64,000 nucleotides of DNA, from NCBI GenBank assembly GCA_024233625.1, contig JACKPJ010000004.1, positions 91,905 through 155,904 of the forward strand, given 5' to 3'. The notes beneath the pieces were generated by a model that was not told the origin of the DNA, did not search any database, and saw only the letters and a list, made by a program, of their open reading frames with translations. A program made the position numbers and the translations under genes. This stretch comes from Deltaproteobacteria bacterium. Lineage in GTDB: Bacteria > UBA10199 > DSSB01. Below, one piece after another: positions 14,159 through 22,010 of this stretch; position 1 is the first letter of the stretch; each line of letters begins with the position of its first letter.

Positions 14159-16432
14159 ATGCCACCACCCATAGGCTCTTCTGGCCAAGCTCAAAACCTC
14201 AACCATGAAGCTTTAATTGAAAAAATTTCGGAGTTTGCAGCTCTTACAACTTATGAGCGAGCTAGTTATATTCGCCGTATGAACAGCTTGGCTGGCGTTT
14301 CGGGTAGGTTTAATACGCAAGGCTTGTTCGATTTAAAAAGAAAATTAGAAAATTTAAAAAAAGGAATTGGAAGGGGGTTAACAGAAGCTGATACCAATAG
14401 GCTCCTGTGGTTGCAAAGGCATTGGGAAATTGAAGACACTTATGAAAAAGCTCCGGTGCCTAATCCAGTGACCAGCCTGTTAGCGACAAGTGCAGACGCG
14501 GCAGTGGCCCTGACTCGTGGAGCAGCGAGGTTTATGGCTTCACCAAGCGATGCCATGGCTGAACTGAGCAGTGCTACAGATTCTACAGGTAATTTAGATG
14601 CAATTCGTCTTGAAACAACAAGGCGGTTGTTAAATTTTTTGAAGGAAGGGGCAATCGAGGTTTCTGCAGCAAGCCCTCTGCATATTTCCATGCTCCTCAG
14701 GACTTTACCTGAGCTTTTGGGTGACAAGAGTTGGCATCAACAAAAAAGGGAAAATGTTATAAGAATTTTGGAAGCTAATTTCCTCCGTGATTCCACAAAG
14801 ACAAGTTCAGAGGCGCAAACTATGGCTAGAGAGGTCGTGGACTGGTTGCGTTCTTTTCAACGAGTTGAAGACTTGAGTTATGATAGGTATCGTCCTGTGT
14901 CTATAGCCTCCCCTGTCTCTGCAGAGCAGCCCGCTTCGACCCTTGAGTGGAAGTCTCCTATTGATTCGGATCGAGTAGAAGCTGTAGACGCTGATCCAGA
15001 TAGCCCCGATGTTCGAGCTTCCAGGCGTCGACCACCCGCGATGCGTGAGGCTGATGAGAAAAAAGTTTCAAAAGTGACTTTGCCTGAACCCCCATCCTTA
15101 GAGAGCTCTTTAACAGATGAACAACAATCTTTTGTCGTGAAAGTTCGTCGACCTTTAGGAATCTCCACTCCTGGCCAAATAGCTAAGCTGCAATTAGAAC
15201 GAGTTACGGAAGTTTATTCAGCTTTATCTGAGCTCGGGGATGCGCTCCGCGGTGAAGATGATGGGGATCCGTTTTTAAGAGAGGTAGAGCATTATCTGTC
15301 TGTCTTGGAAGTCTGGGATGAGGCCTACCTAGAAGGCACTGTTCATGATTTACCGCCAGAATTGGTACGAGCGGAGTTATTATTAGAGTTTTCGCAAGAA
15401 AAAAATCTGATTTTGTATGGGCTCAAGCTTCCTGCGGTCCATGAAATTCCACCTGGTTGGTTGCAAGATCGACTGGCGAATTTGATCAGTCGTATAGAAA
15501 ATATAAGGGATTTTCCCGAGACCAGGCATAATTTGATTGCAGCATTGGCTTTAAGCCCTCAGGTCAAAGAGAGTATTTTAGATCAGAAACTTGTCGGCCT
15601 CAGGGATGAACTCAAATCTGCACAAGCTGAGCTGGAGGGAGCACTCCGTGAAGCAGAGAGTGTTGATGCCAAAGGAAAAGTGTTTGAAAACTGGTCAAAG
15701 AAGCATGCTCGTTTTGTTGCTCTTTCCATTGTATTGACTGGTGAGGGGCGTTCTCCACAAGGGCAAGCCTTATTATCTCGAGTGCAAAAAGAGCTTTCTC
15801 TGCGTGATCTCCATGTTTTTGAGCGTATTATCAAAAGTGTGATGGGAGAATCCAGTTATCTGATTGACCATCACGGTCGTACGCAGTCCGCGCCAGCTGA
15901 AGATTTACACAGGTTAGCTATACAAATTGCTGAGAGAGAAGATCTGAAGCCGTATTTTAGCAGGGCAAATTTAGATTCTAGTCAAGCGATTGCCATAGTA
16001 GAACAAACTTTAGAGCAATTTCCGGGATCACTTTTAGGTGAACCTGCTCTTGACGTCAACTCTACTGCTCCAATAGGGGACCAACTCGCGGCCCAGCATC
16101 TCAATGCCTTGGCGACTCGATCTTTAAAGACTTATCTTGCAAGGCTTGCTGAAGCAAGAAGCGCTGTTTCATCTTTTAGAGCCAGGCGCTCCGGAATCGT
16201 TTCTGATGCTTCAGGTGTTTCCGAAGATGGGGAGGGCGTCATTCAAGGCAGGAAAAGAGGTAAGAGATCGCGTCCTGGTAGTGAGGATATAGCGGGAAGA
16301 ACTCGGGGCAGAACTGCACCAGAGGATCCAAAAGCAGAAGCAGGAAGAGAAGAGTCTTCAGTAAAAGATACGAGCGATAGAAGAAAAATTTCTGCTAAAG
16401 AGGGAAAGTTAGCCCCAAAAGGAGTAAAGTAA
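14159..16432 (+). CDS. Orphan paralog P3 (757 aa), family B, long Arg/Lys-rich tail
   Basis: GGGGA RBS and 'MPPP' N-terminus. Shares the core 'WSKKHARFVALSIVLTGEGRSPQGQALL' with P4, P5 and P8. 'SGIVSDASGVSED' precedes an approximately 70-aa basic tail. Confidence 0.75.
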   Translation: MPPPIGSSGQAQNLNHEALIEKISEFAALTTYERASYIRRMNSLAGVSGRFNTQGLFDLKRKLENLKKGIGRGLTEADTNRLLWLQRHWEIEDTYEKAPVPNPVTSLLATSADAAVALTRGAARFMASPSDAMAELSSATDSTGNLDAIRLETTRRLLNFLKEGAIEVSAASPLHISMLLRTLPELLGDKSWHQQKRENVIRILEANFLRDSTKTSSEAQTMAREVVDWLRSFQRVEDLSYDRYRPVSIASPVSAEQPASTLEWKSPIDSDRVEAVDADPDSPDVRASRRRPPAMREADEKKVSKVTLPEPPSLESSLTDEQQSFVVKVRRPLGISTPGQIAKLQLERVTEVYSALSELGDALRGEDDGDPFLREVEHYLSVLEVWDEAYLEGTVHDLPPELVRAELLLEFSQEKNLILYGLKLPAVHEIPPGWLQDRLANLISRIENIRDFPETRHNLIAALALSPQVKESILDQKLVGLRDELKSAQAELEGALREAESVDAKGKVFENWSKKHARFVALSIVLTGEGRSPQGQALLSRVQKELSLRDLHVFERIIKSVMGESSYLIDHHGRTQSAPAEDLHRLAIQIAEREDLKPYFSRANLDSSQAIAIVEQTLEQFPGSLLGEPALDVNSTAPIGDQLAAQHLNALATRSLKTYLARLAEARSAVSSFRARRSGIVSDASGVSEDGEGVIQGRKRGKRSRPGSEDIAGRTRGRTAPEDPKAEAGREESSVKDTSDRRKISAKEGKLAPKGVK

Positions 16433-16467
16433 GTGTTTAAAAAATATATGTTTTTAAAAATCTAAGC

Positions 16468-16490
16468 AACTTTTTCTCTCTTCATACGAT
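16468..16490 (+). promoter_or_regulatory. ECF-type promoter-like motif AAC-N16-CGAT upstream of P4
   Basis: 'GCAACTTTTT' then 11 nt then 'CGATG', with the same spacing as 14077-14099. Confidence 0.4.
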
Positions 16491-16646
16491 GATTAAAGAG
16501 AAATTGATAAAGTCGTTACGGCATTAATTTATCAAAAATATTATAAAAAATCAAAAACCCTGGTCATTTCATAATGTGCTAAAAGTGTCGCTGAATATCG
16601 ATAAATTTTAGTGTGATGTTGATTTTTTAACAAAAAGGGAATTTTT

Positions 16647-19385
16647 ATGTCAGTAGATGCGGGTAGGTCCTCACAAGAGTTAAATCTGGCGGGTTTTCAA
16701 AAAGAAGCTGAACGGATTTTAGAATTTCAGGGGAAAGAAGTTCATAGAGCTATTGGTAAATTAAATGTAAGAGCAAAACCAGCTATTTTTTTTAAGAAAA
16801 GTGAGTTGCAGAGATTACTTGGTTTAGTCAGCCAAGGTAGAGAGTTAAAACCCCGTGACCGAGAGCGAATTGGAGAGTATCTTAATGCAGCACAACTTGA
16901 TGTTTATGTAGAATCAGCACCTGCAGCCGATGCTGTGTTGAGAAAACCTTCCTCCTCTAAATCACCCACATCATTATTTGGATCAGCTACAGCCGCTAGC
17001 GCTACCATATACGGAACTTCCTCTGAAGGGTCTGGTGATACCTTAATGTCTGTCGACCCGAGTCTAGTTGTAGAGGAAGAACTCCTCGCTTCATTTCCTC
17101 CAGAGCCTGAGTCACATATGTCAGAGGTAGCTTCAGACATAGATCGTGCAGCCGACGGAACCATAGGGCCTTTCTCGACAGATGACCCTCAACAACAGAC
17201 TATATCGGATGCTTGGGAGGCCAAAGATTGGACTCCTCCTAAAGGGAATTGGTGGAAAGAGACTAAGCCTGAGTTGAAGACACTTTTCAGCGTCTTCACA
17301 CTTTTGGCTGAAATCAATCGCCAAGCAGTAAGTGACGGAAAAAGAGTTCCAGTGCCATCACAAGAAATGTCTGTTCATCGTCTGATAATGCAGCGTGTAG
17401 TGAAAAGCGGACAGGCTTTAGCTAATAATCAAAGCGTCGTGCTCAAAGCTTTATTGTATATCGAAGCCAATCTGCATCACGTCGAGGAATCGGACACTTT
17501 AATCATTCGTGCTGTTTTAAAAAAATGGCTCGGTCGTGAGCTCCAAGCACCTGCATCTGTGTCAAACGAAGCAAATGCAAAGCCGGTCGTTGAAGCTTTG
17601 CCAGTTCGGTACGTTCCAAGCGCAAGAAGTGATATCGACTATAATGTTTTAAGTGCCGCTTTAGCTAAGTTCAGTGACTTACTTGATTATCCTAACGATG
17701 CCCTTAACGCAAGTGTTGCGGAGTCTTTTCGTAAATCGAACTTCAGTGTGCCTGGAGATGAGGTTCAAAGACATGTTAAGCATTTGAGTGATCAAATTTC
17801 GGAAGCTCATGCCTCTTTTGAGGAGCTCTTGCACAGTCCAGATATCGAAGCTGAAAGACTCGAAGTCTGGACGCGTGAGCATTCAGGCTTGTCTGCACTT
17901 GCTCTCGTCTTAACAGGTCAAGGGCATCGTCCTCATGCTCGTGCAATCTTAGACTTAACTGAGGGGCATTACAACTCAGCTTGGGCACAGACTCTTGGCG
18001 AGATACTCGAGAGCCCCATGGGAATTCATGTGCATGAGTTACAGGAAATTATGAGAAGAAGCTTTAATCTGCTAGATACTCCTAATATGCGACCAGTCCA
18101 AGAGACAGTCGCCAGGCGAGTATTTGAGCGACCTGATTTGGCTAAAGCTTTTGCGGATGCGGGGGTAACTGAGCATGAGGCCATTAATATTATAGAGACT
18201 GTTTTGGCAAGTGACGCTGCGGCGCTTTTACCTGTGGATGCCCCTGAACTTGCGCAGGCCTCACCCGTCGGTTTGGAAGCATTAAGTGAACAAGAGATTA
18301 TCGAAATTCAAAAAATGATGGATGTGGCTTTAAATGTGCCATCTGATGTTAACTTAAATCTTAGTATTAGCGTGTATGACTTGAGAAAGCGTGCAGGTTG
18401 GATAGGAAGAGGCCTTAGAGTTGTTAAAGCAAATTTTAATCGACGAAATGACTTCTTAGAATCAACAAACCCTAGAACTAGAGCTGCATTATCCTCTGCA
18501 ACCGCTCACATTTGTAATTTGGTCGCAGTGATAAGAGCGGATCGTATTACTCGGTCAAATCAGTCAACACCGCTTTTGTCTTCAATCTTAAGAAAACTCA
18601 TGCCGACATTGGATGATAATAGAGAAGCTCAAGAGCATACCTTAAAAAGCGTCGCAAAAAATTGGACAGAATTAGCCGAACCCGATTCAACAGGTAGAGC
18701 TTATGTCCCTGAGAGAAACACTGATTTGGCTCGAGCCAATGAAATTGCGACTGAAGCTTTAAAAGTTGAGTTGACTCGTCTGGAAAATCAAAAAAAATCG
18801 CGTTTGATCGAAACGAGGCAGAAGGTTGGTGAAACTTACCCAACTCGAGAGCTTTCCCCTGATGCCTACGCAGAAGCGGCTTTGGAATTTACCCAAGCTC
18901 TGTACGATCTTTTTAAGGGAGATCTTGATTTAAGGCATGCTAGATATGCCGGCATAGCTAGGGATATTCAGAGTGAAAGAGGTTTTCTGACATTTTTGAC
19001 TAATTATCAGAATGCAGAATTAATGTCAGAGTGGCTTAGTGAAAGAGGCTTTTCTAATTTTGATCTCGGTCCGAAGCCCATTCAAAGTATTGCATATACA
19101 GGATTTAGTTTTGTTACTGAGCGAAGTGGTCGAGGCCAATCGGGTTTTATTGCGGAAGACGCAGTTGAGGTGAGAGGTTTTGAGGATACAGTTGGAAGAG
19201 ATCGAAGTGACCGCACTCGAAGCCGTGTTGGACGGCCTGCTCGTGGCGCTGCTGAATTTACAGAAGAACGTCAAGAAGCTCCAAAAGCTAAAAGCTCTGG
19301 ACGAAACGAGTCTATTGATGTAGAGGGAAAAGCTAAGTCTAAGCCGCGAGGAAGAGGCCCAGGAGGAATCATTAAAGGGAAGTAA
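16647..19385 (+). CDS. Orphan paralog P4 (912 aa), family B
   Basis: AAGGGA RBS. Core 'WTREHSGLSALALVLTGQGHRPHARAIL'. 'SGFIAEDAVEV' is followed by the tail 'RSDRTRSRVGRPARG...KPRGRGPGGIIKGK'. Confidence 0.75.
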   Translation: MSVDAGRSSQELNLAGFQKEAERILEFQGKEVHRAIGKLNVRAKPAIFFKKSELQRLLGLVSQGRELKPRDRERIGEYLNAAQLDVYVESAPAADAVLRKPSSSKSPTSLFGSATAASATIYGTSSEGSGDTLMSVDPSLVVEEELLASFPPEPESHMSEVASDIDRAADGTIGPFSTDDPQQQTISDAWEAKDWTPPKGNWWKETKPELKTLFSVFTLLAEINRQAVSDGKRVPVPSQEMSVHRLIMQRVVKSGQALANNQSVVLKALLYIEANLHHVEESDTLIIRAVLKKWLGRELQAPASVSNEANAKPVVEALPVRYVPSARSDIDYNVLSAALAKFSDLLDYPNDALNASVAESFRKSNFSVPGDEVQRHVKHLSDQISEAHASFEELLHSPDIEAERLEVWTREHSGLSALALVLTGQGHRPHARAILDLTEGHYNSAWAQTLGEILESPMGIHVHELQEIMRRSFNLLDTPNMRPVQETVARRVFERPDLAKAFADAGVTEHEAINIIETVLASDAAALLPVDAPELAQASPVGLEALSEQEIIEIQKMMDVALNVPSDVNLNLSISVYDLRKRAGWIGRGLRVVKANFNRRNDFLESTNPRTRAALSSATAHICNLVAVIRADRITRSNQSTPLLSSILRKLMPTLDDNREAQEHTLKSVAKNWTELAEPDSTGRAYVPERNTDLARANEIATEALKVELTRLENQKKSRLIETRQKVGETYPTRELSPDAYAEAALEFTQALYDLFKGDLDLRHARYAGIARDIQSERGFLTFLTNYQNAELMSEWLSERGFSNFDLGPKPIQSIAYTGFSFVTERSGRGQSGFIAEDAVEVRGFEDTVGRDRSDRTRSRVGRPARGAAEFTEERQEAPKAKSSGRNESIDVEGKAKSKPRGRGPGGIIKGK

Positions 19386-19390
19386 GTTAT

Positions 19391-21994
19391 ATGCCGGGAA
19401 ATGAATTTAATCCAAATAATATCGATCACCGTGAGCGTTTAGTAGCGTGGATTGAGGCTGCGTTTGTTCAAGATGAAACAAAAATCCCCAAAGAAGGTCT
19501 TTTAAGCATCACAAGTCTAAATAATTTACGTAATGAATTACTTGATCAAGAGGTGGCTTTGGGTCCAGAACAAGAGGCACTTGCCAGTGCTTTGTGGAGT
19601 TCTAAACAAAGGATTGACCAATATGTTAAGAGACCGGTCTCTGCGCCACAAACTACAGAATTTAGAGTGAGCCCTTTTTGGTCTCCCTTTGAACCGCAAT
19701 CCCGAACAGTAGAACATGATCCTCAGCAAGGTATGAGTAGGGACAAGTCTTTTAATTCCGTTGAGGCAGGTTCTGAATCACAAGTGACATTTTCTTCTGG
19801 AGAGCATATTTCAATTAATGAAGCCGATCGTTACCGTGGTCGTACATATGAAGGGACTATAAAGAGAACAATAAGAAAAGCTTTACAGAGGCTGTCAAAG
19901 CCGACTGCACACGAGTGGGATTGGAGTAAAATAGATGAGTTAAGCTCTTTATTGGAAATGAAAGCACCATGGAAAATCAGTTTGAGTTTTATCGAATTGG
20001 CTATCGAGGCCTTAGATCTTGCTTATAATAGATGGCCTGTTAATCCTCGTCCACAACCCAAAAGCATCTCATTAGTGAATGAGATGATTGTATGGCTAAG
20101 AGGCTTGTCTTATCAATTGAGCTCTCAAAGTGCTATTGAGGCAGTCCCTGTAGTTGCTGCAAGTGATTTATTTATACAATATGTTCCCACTTCCGCGGGT
20201 GTAGCAACAAAGCCAGAACCATTGCAAGTTGAGCAGGTCTTGAGAGCCTTGACCTTGATTGTTGAGGAAACAGAGCATATTGCATATAAAGAATTACTAT
20301 CCAATTTAGAAGCATGGTGGCAGGTTAATCATACTTCTGCGGGTGAAGTTCAATATACTAGAGATTTACAGCGAGCAGAGCATGCCATCGCGGAGTGGAA
20401 ATCCGGCGCTCTGAGAGTGAGTTTACCACCTTCTCAAGAAGTCCATTCTTCAGGACTGGACTACTCAATCCTTGAGGAAAGTGCCTACATTTTGCGATCG
20501 CAATTAGAACGGGGTGATCAGGATTTACCGAATACTTTGCAGCAACTTGATCCAGCTCTAGCTGAATCATTTGATCAATCTATTGAAGCTCTGGAAGATT
20601 TTGCAGTAGACAATCCCAGTTTAGATAAGTGGAAACATTGGATTGCTCAACGCCCTGAGCTTAGTTCCATTGTTTTGGTCCTGGCCGAAAATAGTCGTAA
20701 CCCCCATGCTCAGTTAATTTTGCAGGAGATCAGTCCACATGTGAGCGAGTGGACCCTGGCGAGACTTTCTGTGCTTCAAGATTCAACCTTTGGAACAGGC
20801 TTATGGGAAGTCGAGGCGATCAAAGGCCAAGCTGCTGACTTGTATGCAGAGTGTTTTTTGCTGGATAATCATGCCATTCAGCAAAGAGCCGTTGAATTAT
20901 TAACAGATTCTGCTTTAATGAGTGCCTTTGAAGCAGCCGCCATTCCTGTTGAGGAGGCTTTGCAGATCTTGGAGGAAGCTATTGTCGAGTTGGGACATTG
21001 GCCTTCAGCAAAGGGTGTCAATCAAGCAGCTGCACTTCCCTTGCAAGAAGCTCAAGTAGTAGCGGTATCAGAGGCCCTGACTCTTGTTGAATTTTCTAGA
21101 GCTAGTGACCCTGCCTTATCTAGTTCCATAGAAATGGAGAAAGATGCATGGAAGCAGTTTTTAGAGGATTGGAAGCAGCGAACAGATCCCACACGTTGGA
21201 CCTCTCAACATAATCAGCGACTTCAGCAAGTTTTAGAGCTTATTTTAGAGGCAAAAGCTATAAAAGATGAGGCTGCAAGAGAGGTCTTAGCAAAAGTGAT
21301 TTCTGATTTAAAGCTTCAACAACAACTAAATCACAAGGAGCCTGAAGCAAATCGGCAAGCTCTTGCAGCGGAGACCGATTTGGCTTTGCAAGGAGTCATG
21401 AGACGACGACTGGAAAATATTCGTCAGAAGAAAATCTTACGGCTTCAATCTGCTTGGGACCTTTATGAGAACGTCAGGGATAGCAGTCATCGAACATCTG
21501 GTACAAATCACTTTAAACTTATGCGTGCTCGACGTTTTATAGAAGCTCTTGAAGCCCTTTGGCAAGTTAGACATCAAGAAACAACAAGTTATGACTTTCG
21601 AACTTGGTTGCAGGGAGTCTCTTTGGGATCCCCATTAGAAAGGCAATTAGAAACTGAGTTGAAAGACTTATTGGGTAGTAGCATGTCTTATCGAAAACTG
21701 AGAAAAGCGATTACTCATTCGATAGGTAGGGGTGATTTGAGCACTTCTGGATTGATATCAGAGGCAAATGCAGTTGAAGATAATACACCACTGGCCTCGC
21801 GTGGTCGAAGAGTACGAGGATCAGAAATGCGCGCTATTGAGGCAGGCCGAGTGCGTAGTGGAGTGACGTCTGAAGCGGAGAGTCGTAAGATATTATCGAG
21901 AGCAGAGCGACTTCGTGCAGCGCAAAGAAGCGCAAGAGAGCGTATGCGTAGCGAAATACCGGGTGACATTTCAGGAAGAGTATTCACTAAATAA
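19391..21994 (+). CDS. Orphan paralog P5 (867 aa), family B
   Basis: Starts 5 nt after the P4 stop, with 'MPG' N-terminus. Core 'WIAQRPELSSIVLVLAENSRNPHAQLIL'. 'SGLISEANAVED' is followed by 'RGRRVRGSEMR...GRVFTK'. Confidence 0.75.
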   Translation: MPGNEFNPNNIDHRERLVAWIEAAFVQDETKIPKEGLLSITSLNNLRNELLDQEVALGPEQEALASALWSSKQRIDQYVKRPVSAPQTTEFRVSPFWSPFEPQSRTVEHDPQQGMSRDKSFNSVEAGSESQVTFSSGEHISINEADRYRGRTYEGTIKRTIRKALQRLSKPTAHEWDWSKIDELSSLLEMKAPWKISLSFIELAIEALDLAYNRWPVNPRPQPKSISLVNEMIVWLRGLSYQLSSQSAIEAVPVVAASDLFIQYVPTSAGVATKPEPLQVEQVLRALTLIVEETEHIAYKELLSNLEAWWQVNHTSAGEVQYTRDLQRAEHAIAEWKSGALRVSLPPSQEVHSSGLDYSILEESAYILRSQLERGDQDLPNTLQQLDPALAESFDQSIEALEDFAVDNPSLDKWKHWIAQRPELSSIVLVLAENSRNPHAQLILQEISPHVSEWTLARLSVLQDSTFGTGLWEVEAIKGQAADLYAECFLLDNHAIQQRAVELLTDSALMSAFEAAAIPVEEALQILEEAIVELGHWPSAKGVNQAAALPLQEAQVVAVSEALTLVEFSRASDPALSSSIEMEKDAWKQFLEDWKQRTDPTRWTSQHNQRLQQVLELILEAKAIKDEAAREVLAKVISDLKLQQQLNHKEPEANRQALAAETDLALQGVMRRRLENIRQKKILRLQSAWDLYENVRDSSHRTSGTNHFKLMRARRFIEALEALWQVRHQETTSYDFRTWLQGVSLGSPLERQLETELKDLLGSSMSYRKLRKAITHSIGRGDLSTSGLISEANAVEDNTPLASRGRRVRGSEMRAIEAGRVRSGVTSEAESRKILSRAERLRAAQRSARERMRSEIPGDISGRVFTK

Positions 21995-22010
21995 TTTTGA
22001 GGAAGATTTT

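Noticed and set aside
21915-22010. Longer version of the P6 ORF starting at 21915 (713 aa)
   Set aside because: It would overlap the P5 coding end by 80 nt, and the extra 32 aa are read out of frame across the P5 tail. The ATG at 22011 has a GAGGAAG RBS and follows the P5 stop by 16 nt.
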